A DNA stretch of 64,000 nucleotides. Source: a bacterium (GTDB lineage: Bacteria > Patescibacteriota > Minisyncoccia > Phycocordibacterales > UBA5272). Made by a program: the position numbers and the translations under genes. The first letter of the stretch is position 1; every line of letters starts with the position of its first letter. Of the stretch, positions 55,120 to 64,000 are shown in pieces. Under the pieces are notes generated by a model that saw only the letters and a list, made by a program, of their open reading frames with translations, did no database searches and was not told the origin of the DNA. The DNA is taken from the NCBI GenBank assembly GCA_043765155.1, contig JAYUJP010000001.1, positions 19,268-83,267 of the forward strand. The letters run 5' to 3'.

Positions 55120-55578
55120 TTAAGAATTAATAATTTTTATAAAGTTTTTAAAGTCTACATCTTTTGCTGCGGGGTCCAAATTTAACTTTTCAAAGTCGCC
55201 AATTTTGTCATTGATATAACTGATATGTAAGTGTTCTGGCTTATAATAAGCCACCTTATCTGTGTCACCGTAAAATTCTCTTACTATAACCATTAGCTGA
55301 TTAGTCCCAAATTCTTGCTTAAATTTACCCTTAATATACTCATGAATAGTTTTCCACTCCTGCCACTCATCCACAGACATGTCAGTAATTTTTAGCATAT
55401 GTCTATTTGGTATTAACATTGTGTGATATTTATAATATGGGGCAATATTAAATATCCATTTAAAATATTTAAATTTTTTTATTATAATCTGCGTGTCTGA
55501 CTCACAAAATCTACAAGATATATTTTTTATTTCTTCTAGATGATTTTTATACTCTTCTCTTGATAATAATTTTTGCAT
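55120..55578 (-). CDS. HIT-like (histidine triad) / GalT-like nucleotidyl hydrolase-transferase.
   Basis: CRFCE zinc motif at the N-terminus. TMLIPNRHM matches HxLVIPKRH. The histidine triad is EHLHISYI. Confidence 0.5.
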   Translation of the reverse strand: MQKLLSREEYKNHLEEIKNISCRFCESDTQIIIKKFKYFKWIFNIAPYYKYHTMLIPNRHMLKITDMSVDEWQEWKTIHEYIKGKFKQEFGTNQLMVIVREFYGDTDKVAYYKPEHLHISYINDKIGDFEKLNLDPAAKDVDFKNFIKIINS

Positions 55579-55689
55579 TTTGCTGGCATCCTTGAGCTAG
55601 AATCGTTATCGATCAAGCCTTGTAAAGGTATTTTTAGTACTTTCATTATAGCATTTCGACAGTCTTTGAGCATCTATTTAGACATTAAA

Positions 55690-56631
55690 TTATTTTTCTG
55701 GCTCAATAATATCGTTTATACTTAATGGCTCCACACCTTGCTGATTAATTTGCTTTGGTATGTGCAAAAATCTTTTGTAAGTAGTAACTATTTGTTTGAG
55801 TGTCTGATAAGATCTAACATCTCGAACCACTTCTTTACCAGTATCATGGTCAGTCGGTTTTAGTATTTTTTTATACATTAGAGAAAGTAATGGGGAAGGT
55901 AGAGCGCATGTAATAGAAGTACTCTTTTGATAAACAATAGGTTGACCTGTTTCAGTCTTTGCTAACATTTTAGATTCTGAGAATCCACCCCAAAGTATAG
56001 CAACAACCTTTCCATTTTCTGGATTAAATATAGGCGAACCGCTTGAACCGCCATGAGTAACTGCTTCTACCCATATTTCATGAGGATTTTCACATACAAA
56101 AGGAAGTATCGCGCTTACAATACCTTTTTGTAGTACAGGTGTAAGACGATGAATCCATCCCCCATTAGTTCTAAGTGTATTTGTTCCCATCGGAAATCCT
56201 GAAATTAATACATTATCACCTTCTTCCACTGTTAATGTTTCCTCAATCTCAACAAAAGGCAAGCCTTTGGCTTTTACATAAATAGCTCCAACATCTGGTA
56301 TATCTTCGCCGTAGTTTACAGCACCGTCTATAGCCTTCTCAATTTTGCTTGTTGTGAATGCTTCAACTTCAAGGGGGATCAGTACCATGCCTTCATTGGG
56401 TATGTTATGAAAAAGAATTACTCTTATGGGTATAGCGCTAGGCTCGTCTTTTCTTCTTGGAAGAGTTTCAATAGCTTTTATGACGTGATTGTTTGTAATA
56501 ATTATTCCATCTTCGTGAACAATAAAACCAGTTCCTATAATATCTGGGAAGTCAGGATTTTTAGATAGCTTTGATACAATAGCTACTACGGCAGGTTTTA
56601 CTTTTTTATATATTTCTGACGGTTTACTCAT
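55690..56631 (-). CDS. Trypsin-like (S1/chymotrypsin-fold) serine protease with no signal peptide and no PDZ domain.
   Basis: His region GTGFIVHEDGIIITNNHVI. Ser region GGSSGSPIF. Confidence 0.7.
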   Translation of the reverse strand: MSKPSEIYKKVKPAVVAIVSKLSKNPDFPDIIGTGFIVHEDGIIITNNHVIKAIETLPRRKDEPSAIPIRVILFHNIPNEGMVLIPLEVEAFTTSKIEKAIDGAVNYGEDIPDVGAIYVKAKGLPFVEIEETLTVEEGDNVLISGFPMGTNTLRTNGGWIHRLTPVLQKGIVSAILPFVCENPHEIWVEAVTHGGSSGSPIFNPENGKVVAILWGGFSESKMLAKTETGQPIVYQKSTSITCALPSPLLSLMYKKILKPTDHDTGKEVVRDVRSYQTLKQIVTTYKRFLHIPKQINQQGVEPLSINDIIEPEK

Positions 56632-57295
56632 ATACTTCTTTCATTAAATTTTTTATATTTTCAAAAGCATCTTCATAATCAAAATCAAGTAGTTTTTTAT
56701 AAACAGTGTCATAGGACTTAAAGTCAGATTCTTCACTCGCTGTTTTTAAATGGGTAACATTGTGTCTCAATTCAATGAAATCAAGAATCTTTAACCAATA
56801 TGCAAGATTACCTACCACAATACCAAGAACACTTTTTATTTTCTCTTCGACACTTAACTTTTTTTCTATTTTTTCTTTTGAAATAAAAATACCTGGCTTT
56901 TTTTCGTAACTAATGTCCTTCGGAATTTTCTGGTTAACCAGGGCTTCAAGAGCAGAGTATGCATAGATGAGAAAACTTATCATTTCAAAAATAAGGTCAT
57001 TATTTTTGAACATTTGACCTTCTACTATTACAGCATGTTTTTTAATGGTATCTAAAGATTTTTTAGCGCCATACAAATAAAACTCGATAGGGTTTGGTGC
57101 TATAAACATTATCTGCCCATATTTTTGGGTTTCAATCATATGATTAATGTTTAGCTTAAAACCCTTTTTGTGAAAGTGTTCACCCTGAAAGTCTTCAAGT
57201 GCTTCGGCTTCGTATAAAGGAGAAACATCATTAATGTCACCAACCTCTAAATTAATTTTTCTGGGAACCCATTTAACGTTTAAAGTATCTTTCAT
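56624..57295 (-). CDS. Hypothetical protein of 223 aa, translationally coupled to the trypsin-like protease (8-nt overlap).
   Basis: Its stop overlaps the protease start. No TM. No family recognised. Confidence 0.45.
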   Translation of the reverse strand: MKDTLNVKWVPRKINLEVGDINDVSPLYEAEALEDFQGEHFHKKGFKLNINHMIETQKYGQIMFIAPNPIEFYLYGAKKSLDTIKKHAVIVEGQMFKNNDLIFEMISFLIYAYSALEALVNQKIPKDISYEKKPGIFISKEKIEKKLSVEEKIKSVLGIVVGNLAYWLKILDFIELRHNVTHLKTASEESDFKSYDTVYKKLLDFDYEDAFENIKNLMKEVYE

Positions 57296-57322
57296 TTTAG
57301 CTATATTTGAGCTAGCTCAATC

Positions 57323-57396
57323 TGGCTGCCAGGCTTGGACTCGAACCAAGATAATATCCTTCAGAGGGATGTGTCCTACCATTAGACGATCTGGCA
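57323..57396 (-). tRNA. tRNA-Gln (anticodon CTG) with an encoded CCA.
   Basis: The minus strand reads TGCCAGATCGTCTAATGGTAGGACACATCC-CTCTGAA-GGATATTATCTTGGTTCGAGTCCAAGCCTGGCAGCCA. There is one A-C mismatch at the base of the acceptor stem. Confidence 0.7.
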
Positions 57397-57475
57397 ATTT
57401 TGTTCTTATATTATATCACATTTTTGCAACATTTTCTATACCAAATATAAAGCTTGTAAAATAATATAGTATGCA

Positions 57476-57516
57476 AAAACACTAGCCGCAAGCGAAGCTT
57501 GCGGCTAGTGTTTTTG
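57476..57516. terminator. Bidirectional intrinsic terminator (AAAAACACTAGCCGCAAGC-gaa-GCTTGCGGCTAGTGTTTTT).
   Basis: 19-bp perfect stem with A/T tracts on both sides. It lies downstream of ftsX on the minus strand. Confidence 0.6.
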
Positions 57517-57600
57517 TGATTGTATTACTTTTTTATTTATCTCACTTTTTTATTTAAAATTTTTCTAATTTAGATTTACAAAAATTATTTATTTAATTTC

Positions 57601-58518
57601 CTAAACATTCAGATACTTTCTCACTGCGAGCATCGAAGAAATCATGGATACTAGTATACCCGAGATACACAATATTATAAATATCTGAACTATGTTTTCC
57701 TTGTAATATTGCAGCATATCAAAGCCTACAAAAAAATCAATAGTCTTGTCCCTAACCCAAGAGACTATAGGATACATTATTATAACTGACACCAGGCTAG
57801 CTATAACACCGTATATCGCGCTCTCAACTATAAATGGACCCCTAATGTACATATTACTAGCTCCTACTAGCTTCATGACTGATATCTCCTCCCTATAGGT
57901 AAATATCGCAAGTCGTACTGTGTTATATATTATCATAATAGACATAGCTATAAATACTAATACTACCAGCACTCCAAAGCTCTCGACTCCGCGTATTATA
58001 TTGTTAAGCTTGGCTATGCTCTCCTTTATATCTGTATAATTTATCTTGTCTATGGCCGCAAAGTCGTCCCCAAGTATCTTTTCTTCATTAATCTTTGATA
58101 TTATGTTTTCATATTCTAATGTGTCCTTGGCTATGACTGAGAATGACGCGCCAAATGGATTAGTACCCAGCTCACTTATTGACGCCAGAGTATCTGGATC
58201 ATTTTTATATGCCTCTTTAAAATTATTAAGAGTATCCTCTTTGGTTATATAGCTTACCTCTTTTACATTGCTGAGCTGAGTTAGCTTTTGCTTGATATTT
58301 AAAATAGAAACGTCCGTTGCCTCGCTCTTAAGATATATGGTTATATTAACTTTCTTTTTGATTTCTAATACGCTGTATTTAAATAGAGCCTCAACGAGAA
58401 ACATATTAGCTATGATTGTAAGCGTGACTACAAGTATAAAAATACTCGCTATAGAAATAGTTTTATTCCTATAAAATCCCTGAAAGCCTGCGGTAAAAAT
58501 TCTTTTTAATAAGTTCAT
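57601..58518 (-). CDS. ftsX: Cell-division ABC transporter permease FtsX.
   Basis: One TM, a periplasmic domain and three C-terminal TM. It lies downstream of ftsE. Confidence 0.75.
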   Translation of the reverse strand: MNLLKRIFTAGFQGFYRNKTISIASIFILVVTLTIIANMFLVEALFKYSVLEIKKKVNITIYLKSEATDVSILNIKQKLTQLSNVKEVSYITKEDTLNNFKEAYKNDPDTLASISELGTNPFGASFSVIAKDTLEYENIISKINEEKILGDDFAAIDKINYTDIKESIAKLNNIIRGVESFGVLVVLVFIAMSIMIIYNTVRLAIFTYREEISVMKLVGASNMYIRGPFIVESAIYGVIASLVSVIIMYPIVSWVRDKTIDFFVGFDMLQYYKENIVQIFIILCISGILVSMISSMLAVRKYLNV

Positions 58519-58553
58519 ATATTTTTGGTTTACAATTTATATCTTGTTATGTT

Positions 58554-59231
58554 TTAGATGCTGTATTTGCCATGCTTATCATCACGGGCGACTCTACCCT
58601 TTTCCATCGTGATTACTCTCTTGCCTAGATTATCTATTACTCCCTTGTTGTGTGTTGTTAATATTACTGTAGTACCTAGATCATTAATCTTTTTAAATAT
58701 CTGAACTATATCATAAGTATTAACGGGATCAAGATTACCTGTAGGCTCGTCGGCGATTATTATCTCAGGCCTATTGACTATTGCCCTCGCTATCGCAACT
58801 CTCTGCTTTTCGCCGCCTGATAGCTCATGCGGAAATGAGTGCATACGAGACTTAAGATCTACAAGGTCAAGGACGTGGGGTACGTCAAGCTTTATCTCGT
58901 GGTCACTTTTACCTGCTGCCTCCATAGCAAAGGCTATGTTCTCATAGGCGGTTCTATTTGGGAGTAATCTAAAATCTTGAAATACGACGCCAATCTTGCG
59001 CCTATAATCATTGAGTAATCTACCTTTAAGGTCATGTATCACGTCGTCATGAAAAGAGACTTTTCCATTGGTTGGCTTTTCTTCAGCTAGCATTAGCTTG
59101 ATAAGGCTAGTTTTACCAGCTCCTGAGTGACCCACTATACTTACTAGCTCACCTTTTTCTATCAATATATTTATAGAGTCTAATATCTTATGACCTCTAT
59201 ACTCTTTGTTAACATTTTCAAACTGTATCAT
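58554..59231 (-). CDS. ftsE: Cell-division ATP-binding protein FtsE.
   Basis: Walker A GHSGAGKTS, the signature LSGGEKQRVAIARAI, Walker B IIIADEPTGNLD, and a length of 225 aa. Confidence 0.85.
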   Translation of the reverse strand: MIQFENVNKEYRGHKILDSINILIEKGELVSIVGHSGAGKTSLIKLMLAEEKPTNGKVSFHDDVIHDLKGRLLNDYRRKIGVVFQDFRLLPNRTAYENIAFAMEAAGKSDHEIKLDVPHVLDLVDLKSRMHSFPHELSGGEKQRVAIARAIVNRPEIIIADEPTGNLDPVNTYDIVQIFKKINDLGTTVILTTHNKGVIDNLGKRVITMEKGRVARDDKHGKYSI

Positions 59232-59322
59232 AAATATAATTATAGCATTTTTATAAGATTTTATAAAAAGTTGTTAACAAAATATTTATTATTTGTTAAT
59301 TATTTTATAAATTTAAAATATA

Positions 59323-60144
59323 TTAAAACTGATTAACAACGCGAAGGTCACCGGTATAAAGCAGTCTTATATCATCTATGCCCCACTTTAGCATGGCCAG
59401 CCTATCTATACCACAGCCAAAAGCAAATCCTCTGTACTCGTTTGGACTTATGCCGCAGCTCTCTAGAACTTTTGGATTCACCATACCAGCTCCGCCAATT
59501 TCTATCCAGCCGGCACCTCTACATACGCTACACCTATCTCCTAAATCATCTTCTAAAGTTTTTTCTTCCCCGCTGTCCTCTTTTTTTAAATAACCAGTAC
59601 CAGAACATTTAAAACATTGCATATCAACTTCATTGCCAGGCTCGACAAAAGGGAAATAAGAAGATCTGAGTCTTATCTTTAATTCTTTTTCACTTTCGAA
59701 AAATTCTGTAAAAAATTTCTGCATCACACCTATCATCATGGCTAAGCTCGCATCTTTTGCAACATACAATCCCTCTACTTGGTGGAATTGCGCCTCATGA
59801 GTAGCATCAGTTGCTTCATTTCTAAAAACTTTTCCAGGGCAGCATATAGCAATCGGAAATGGGCCACCAGCAGCTACAACCTTTTCCATGGTTCTGATCT
59901 GCATATTGCTGGTATGGGTACGTAGCACATAACCAGCTTCTTCGCTGTATTTATTTTGTGTCTTGATATCTTTTATCCAAAAAGTATCCTGCATGTCTCT
60001 AGCTGGGTGATTTTTAGATATATTAAGTGCGTCAAAATTATGCCATTCATCGTCAAGCTCAGGACCTGAGACAGTATCAAATCCCATATTTGAAAATATT
60101 TTGGATATCTTGTCTATTGAGATTGTTATAGGGTGTGAGTGCAT
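59323..60144 (-). CDS. pheS: Phenylalanine--tRNA ligase alpha subunit (short form) with a CxxC...CxxC insertion.
   Basis: Class II motifs LRTHTS, FRNEATDATH and GFAFGCGIDRLAM are present. The insertion is QCFKCSG...CSVCRG. Confidence 0.8.
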   Translation of the reverse strand: MHSHPITISIDKISKIFSNMGFDTVSGPELDDEWHNFDALNISKNHPARDMQDTFWIKDIKTQNKYSEEAGYVLRTHTSNMQIRTMEKVVAAGGPFPIAICCPGKVFRNEATDATHEAQFHQVEGLYVAKDASLAMMIGVMQKFFTEFFESEKELKIRLRSSYFPFVEPGNEVDMQCFKCSGTGYLKKEDSGEEKTLEDDLGDRCSVCRGAGWIEIGGAGMVNPKVLESCGISPNEYRGFAFGCGIDRLAMLKWGIDDIRLLYTGDLRVVNQF

Positions 60145-60190
60145 GATTTATTTTTATAATTATTTTTAATAGTATTTATTGTCTTGAAGT

Positions 60191-60601
60191 TTAAACTTTC
60201 AAAAGATCTTTGCTTTTTATACTTTCTATCTTAACTCTTACCATTTCTACAAACTTTTTCCTAAAACCATAAGCGGAGGTTATGTCTTTTTTAAGAAAAT
60301 CTTCTCTAAGACTTAATTCCAAAAAGTCTATATCATTTATTTTTGACACCCTCTCTATTTTTGAAGCCCTATCTACACCATTTTCTACTACTCCATTAGA
60401 CCTTTTTATTTCCCCCATTTTAAAAGCAATCAAAGTTAAGTCTTTTAGTTTTTTTGCAGTTGTGATATATAAACACTTTTCTATATCAGACATTTTTCTA
60501 AAGTCCTTTAGTACTGATGAGGTTGTGGGTTCCAAAAAGCTAGATCCTGGTACTGAGTTTTTAAAGTTTGAAACCGGTACAGAATGAGAGAAATTTTTCA
60601 T
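60191..60601 (-). CDS. Hypothetical protein. The likely start is MKNFSHS.
   Basis: ORF downstream of pheS on the same strand. No family recognised. Confidence 0.3.
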   Translation of the reverse strand: MKNFSHSVPVSNFKNSVPGSSFLEPTTSSVLKDFRKMSDIEKCLYITTAKKLKDLTLIAFKMGEIKRSNGVVENGVDRASKIERVSKINDIDFLELSLREDFLKKDITSAYGFRKKFVEMVRVKIESIKSKDLLKV

Positions 60602-60698
60602 ATTTATATTTAATTTATCATAATTATAACAAAATAAAATTATAAACACTATACTTTACAAGTATATATTTGTATTTTATAAATTATTAGATTCTATG

Positions 60699-62015
60699 TT
60701 AGACTTTGTTGTCTTGTATCTGCCATTTGTTCTCACTATTAAATAGAAACTTATACACTGCTATAAAAAGAAACAGCGGAGCTACAAAAGGATATACAAA
60801 AACATAAACAAAGAAATTAACTAAAATAGGGTTCTTGTTATTAGCCATTTTACGAGATGTTACTAACACTATGCCAAGTATTGTAAATATAAAAATACTT
60901 TGTACCAAAAATATATCTGTAGTTATATAAAATGGATCAAAGTTAAGATTGTTTATACTCGGCAAAATAAGACCTAGAGCATAATAATTTTCTATTTTTA
61001 AATACCATAACTGTAATGTTTTTACAACAGTAAAAGTTACAGCATATAGAACGTAAAATACGAATACAGCCGCGACTGGTAACGTGAACATTCCAAAATG
61101 TCCATATTTCTTTTTGAAAAACATTTCTCTATAATCCCAAGCATTCTCTAGGAATCCCCTTATCCATCTTACTCTCTGTTTTAAAAGTCCTCTGAGTGTA
61201 TCTGGGCCCACTGTATAGACATACGCTTTGTGGGCATTGGCTATCTTATAATGATTTTTATGTAGTCTTAGAGTCATCTCAAAATCTTCTGCATTATGAG
61301 CTGACTTATAATCACCTAACTCATCAAATACACTCTTTTTAAATACAGAAAATGGTCCAGGCATAACCTGTATAGCGTCTATAGCACTATAGGCTTTGCG
61401 CCAAAATATACTTAGCATGTACTCTACCACCTGAGCGCGCTGCCATATAGTGCGCACGTCACGCAGCTGCATACAGCTAGCAAGAGCCTTTATATTACTA
61501 TCTTTAAAATATTGAGCCGCTATGCTCATAGCATCAGTATGTAGGGTCGAATCTACATCAAGGCAGGCGACTAATTCTGTGTTTACATGCCTAAGGCCCG
61601 TATTCATTGCGTGATGTTTACCTTGCTTTGATTCAAAAATATATTTTATCCTTGTATCTAAATCTTCTAAAATAGCACCTGTGCTAATATCTTTTTTGTA
61701 CATAAAGCTTTCAACTATTTCTCTTGTATTATCAGTACTATTATTATCAAGATAGAATATTTCTATTTTATCTTTTGGGTAACTTAAATCTTGTATCGAT
61801 TTGATTGTGGTTGCTATATTTTTGCTTTCATTCCAACCAGGAAGCAAAAATGTTACACTTGGAAAATAGTCTTGGGCTATGTCTTCCTCATTATCCATTT
61901 TCTTTTTATTAGAAAGAAAATTATATAACATAAATACCTGAAAATATATAGACAAAAATATAAATGGATACAATAAAAACTCAAAAAATTTGTCTATATT
62001 ATCTAAAAAAATCAT
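60699..62015 (-). CDS. Membrane-integrated family-2 glycosyltransferase, a processive synthase type (cellulose/PNAG/hyaluronan-synthase-like).
   Basis: N-terminal TM, a GT2 DxD region (FYLDNNSTDNT, ACLDVDS), the QxxRW motif QRVRWIRG, and C-terminal TM helices. Confidence 0.75.
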   Translation of the reverse strand: MIFLDNIDKFFEFLLYPFIFLSIYFQVFMLYNFLSNKKKMDNEEDIAQDYFPSVTFLLPGWNESKNIATTIKSIQDLSYPKDKIEIFYLDNNSTDNTREIVESFMYKKDISTGAILEDLDTRIKYIFESKQGKHHAMNTGLRHVNTELVACLDVDSTLHTDAMSIAAQYFKDSNIKALASCMQLRDVRTIWQRAQVVEYMLSIFWRKAYSAIDAIQVMPGPFSVFKKSVFDELGDYKSAHNAEDFEMTLRLHKNHYKIANAHKAYVYTVGPDTLRGLLKQRVRWIRGFLENAWDYREMFFKKKYGHFGMFTLPVAAVFVFYVLYAVTFTVVKTLQLWYLKIENYYALGLILPSINNLNFDPFYITTDIFLVQSIFIFTILGIVLVTSRKMANNKNPILVNFFVYVFVYPFVAPLFLFIAVYKFLFNSENKWQIQDNKV

Positions 62016-62056
62016 ATTTTTATCTCTTGTCTTATCTAATTTTTAGAAAAATAATA

Positions 62057-62803
62057 TTACTTTTTTATTTTAATATTTTTATTAATAGTTGAAGTAGAAG
62101 ACGTAGCGTCCAAAGTAGAAGTTGCTTGCTTTAAAGTACTTGGCAGCAAATCTTTTAACTCAGTAAGATTCTTGAGGTCATAATAAGCCCTATCTTCTAC
62201 TACCAGCACCGGGAATGTACTAGTTGAATTTATCTTGTATATTGCCTTAAGTGTTTTAACTGGGCCCAGATCTATATCATAATCAAAAGTATATACGCGT
62301 AGCTCTGGATATATATTACGTAGCTCAGAGAGTATGGCTGCCTGCTTACCGCAATCTTCACAAGTAGTTTTGCTTGGATACATGTATATCATAAATATTG
62401 GCTTTTTACTGTTACCACATTTATCTGCTATTTTTTTACCTATAATATAATCTTTTATCTGCAGTAATGAATAATACTTTTTAAGATAAGTTACTTGCTC
62501 ATTATTATAACCCAGCTCTCTTTCTGCATAAGTTAGCTTATCGCCTAATTCTCCTATTTGAGCTGCTACTGGGTTAAAATTTTCATCACTACAAGATATC
62601 TCCTTTAAAAGAAATTGTGTTTCGTTCGAGAGTAAATCAACCGCTATACTATCACTAATATTATTTATACTCTTAACTTTTTTGTCCGAAAAAAAATTAG
62701 ATACATAAAATGCCGTAGCAAATATTGATATTGTTATTATAAGAGAAACTATATACCTACTATAATCAAATTTCATAAGATGTATTTCTATTTGTTGAGC
62801 CAC
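62057..62803 (-). CDS. Membrane-anchored thioredoxin-fold protein with a CxxC motif (TCEDCGK).
   Basis: N-terminal TM. The CxxC and the downstream FPVLVV are consistent with a thioredoxin-like fold. Confidence 0.4.
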   Translation of the reverse strand: MAQQIEIHLMKFDYSRYIVSLIITISIFATAFYVSNFFSDKKVKSINNISDSIAVDLLSNETQFLLKEISCSDENFNPVAAQIGELGDKLTYAERELGYNNEQVTYLKKYYSLLQIKDYIIGKKIADKCGNSKKPIFMIYMYPSKTTCEDCGKQAAILSELRNIYPELRVYTFDYDIDLGPVKTLKAIYKINSTSTFPVLVVEDRAYYDLKNLTELKDLLPSTLKQATSTLDATSSTSTINKNIKIKK

Positions 62804-62870
62804 CTGTCAGGATCGAACTGACGACCTACTGATTACAAATCAGTTGCTCTACCAACTGAGCTAAGGTGGC
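62798..62870 (-). tRNA. tRNA-Thr (anticodon TGT).
   Basis: The minus strand reads GCCACCTTAGCTCAGTTGGTAGAGCAACTGA-TTTGTAA-TCAGTAGGTCGTCAGTTCGATCCTGACAGGTGGCT. The acceptor stem is perfect. Confidence 0.85.
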
Positions 62871-62902
62871 TTACTTTCTAAGCTATTTGTTCAAATATTA
62901 TA

Positions 62903-63286
62903 TCACAAATTACTGTCAGAATCAATCTCTTTTTTAAACTTTTTAAGATCTTTCCAAAAAAATTTTACATAGCTTTTATTTTCTATAGATGCCTCTAAAA
63001 AGCTATTTATAAGCTTTTTATACCATGACCCAAATAAGCTCTGCATTATATTTATAAACTTTATAAAAAGTAACGCAAGATAATGAGTCAAGAATCTATA
63101 TACTCTGTTTAACTTTTTTAAGTAGAATTTTACTAGAACTTTTATAGTATTTCTAAAATTTTCATAAGAATTATACTTTTGACTTATTGCATAATCTGTT
63201 CTGGATAGATATTTATAATGCATAATCAAAACATATATTACGTATATACTTAATGTTGCTATTATAAATAAAAGAGCGTAGAGCAT
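62903..63286 (-). CDS. Hypothetical small membrane protein.
   Basis: ORF with an N-terminal TM (LLFIIATLSIYVIYVLI). Weak support. Confidence 0.3.
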   Translation of the reverse strand: MLYALLFIIATLSIYVIYVLIMHYKYLSRTDYAISQKYNSYENFRNTIKVLVKFYLKKLNRVYRFLTHYLALLFIKFINIMQSLFGSWYKKLINSFLEASIENKSYVKFFWKDLKKFKKEIDSDSNL

Positions 63287-63305
63287 GTGCGTATCTTATA
63301 TAAAA

Positions 63306-63746
63306 CTATATAGAGTATCTTGTGATACTATTAAGTTTTACATTCTCGCCAAATTTTTGCACAGCCTGATTGATATAATCTTGTACTGTTATGTCGTTGT
63401 TTTTGACATAAGCTTGGGTTAGGCATTCCTCCAAAGTTTCTGGAGCTACGGCACATACATGCATCGCAATATCACTCGCTACTGTTTTAAATTCTGGGTT
63501 ATTAGCTACAAAGTCAGTCTCACATCCAAGAGAAATTATTGACCCCATAAGAGCTGTCGAATGTACATAGCTAGCTACTACTCCGCATGATACTTCTCTG
63601 TCAGCTTTTTTCTCAGCCTGCGCCGCACTATATTCTTTTAACTTTGATCTTGCTTGTTCTATGTCTCCATTAACTTCATCAAGAGCTTTTTTAATCTGGG
63701 CAAATGATAAACCTGTTTCTTCGCGCAGTAATTTTAAATTGTCCAT
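63306..63746 (-). CDS. tsf: Elongation factor Ts (short form).
   Basis: N-terminal LREETGLSFAQIKKALDEVNGDIEQA is an EF-Ts UBA-like motif. GCETDFVANN is the EF-Ts core. It lies downstream of rpsB. Confidence 0.7.
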   Translation of the reverse strand: MDNLKLLREETGLSFAQIKKALDEVNGDIEQARSKLKEYSAAQAEKKADREVSCGVVASYVHSTALMGSIISLGCETDFVANNPEFKTVASDIAMHVCAVAPETLEECLTQAYVKNNDITVQDYINQAVQKFGENVKLNSITRYSI

Positions 63747-63788
63747 ATTCTATTATTATGATTAATTTTTAAATTTTATCTTTAATAA

Positions 63789-64000
63789 TTACTTATTAAA
63801 AATGGTCTTGATATGCTCAAGCATGGCTCTTGCAACCTGAGGAGCTGCATCATTACAAACTACAGGGTAATCTATAACTTTTATATCTGAGTCAGTATTA
63901 CATAGTGCAACTACTGGTATACGCATTCTAATAGCCTCATCAACACACATCCACTCCTTTTTAGAGTCTATAACAACAAGTGCTGCTGGTAATCCGTCAA
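63789..64000 (-). CDS. rpsB: 30S ribosomal protein S2, C-terminal part. The gene continues beyond the window end.
   Basis: The translation ...DALFVIDSKKEWMCVDEAIRMRIPVVALCNTDSDIKVIDYPVVCNDAAPQVARAMLEHIKTIFNK matches S2 (PxxxxVxDxxxExxAVxEAxxLGIPVxAxVDTNxDP...IPxNDDAxRSI). Confidence 0.75.
   Translation of the reverse strand, partial: DGLPAALVVIDSKKEWMCVDEAIRMRIPVVALCNTDSDIKVIDYPVVCNDAAPQVARAMLEHIKTIFNK

Noticed and set aside
1-64000. A CRISPR array or cas genes anywhere in the window.
   Set aside because: No regularly spaced direct repeats of 25-40 bp with unique spacers were seen. The only tandem repeat is the 2 x 60-bp in-frame duplication at 19.7 kb. No Cas-like proteins.
1-64000. An alternative genetic code (UGA=Gly, code 25) as in some CPR lineages.
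   Set aside because: Long uninterrupted ORFs (990, 848, 655 aa) are obtained with the standard code, and conserved proteins terminate at the expected positions. No evidence for stop-codon reassignment.

Overview
This is an AT-rich (roughly 30-35% GC), gene-dense bacterial chromosome segment that uses the standard genetic code. Long ORFs up to 990 aa rule out UGA recoding. The small proteins, weak Shine-Dalgarno sequences, a TrmB-type regulator, a duplicated RNase J and reduced housekeeping enzymes suggest a Patescibacteria/CPR-like organism. That assignment is inference only.

Most of the window is core housekeeping:
- gatB (5' partial), a DsbA-like protein, rpiB and gap.
- tRNA-Trp, a previously uncalled 51-aa rpmG (ribosomal L33), RNase R and murJ.
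- An MsbA-like ABC exporter and an unannotated RNase P RNA (rnpB, minus strand, about 10.99-11.31 kb).
- A ddl-like gene, nrdB, and nrdA co-transcribed with a hypothetical gene.
- A compact uvrC, a 2-Cys peroxiredoxin, miaA, and the folate operon folK-folB-folP.
- A LolD/FtsX-type ABC pair, secG, two tandem RNase J genes, an MFS transporter and a photolyase.
- ftsEX, pheS, a GT2 synthase, tsf and rpsB (3' partial).

Six tRNAs are present: Trp, Asn, Phe, Arg, Gln and Thr. GC-rich intrinsic terminator hairpins stand out against the AT-rich background.

The main accessory region is a block of about 10 kb (about 32.7-42.7 kb) that ends at tRNA-Asn. A large serine recombinase gene overlaps the 3' end of that tRNA. 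The block carries a co-directional cluster of a SEC-C-motif protein with a putative PD-(D/E)xK core, a membrane protein, a KAP-family P-loop NTPase, a secreted SNase-like nuclease and small membrane proteins, followed by a 1.1-kb non-coding stretch. This is a candidate integrated element or defence island and is the best lead for a new system.

Other notable items:
- The C-terminal half of the FolP protein (dihydropteroate synthase) is an AlkB-like Fe/2OG dioxygenase.
- The peroxiredoxin has a Cys-rich N-terminal extension.
- The first RNase J paralog has lost all of its catalytic His motifs.
- An orphan RNAP alpha-CTD-like protein has an internal 60-bp tandem duplication.
- A YegP domain is fused to a histone-H1-like tail.
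- A 13-mer is shared upstream of gap and nrdB.
- A terminator-like GC hairpin lies inside a gap-specific insertion.
- A palindromic operator overlaps an extended -10 promoter.
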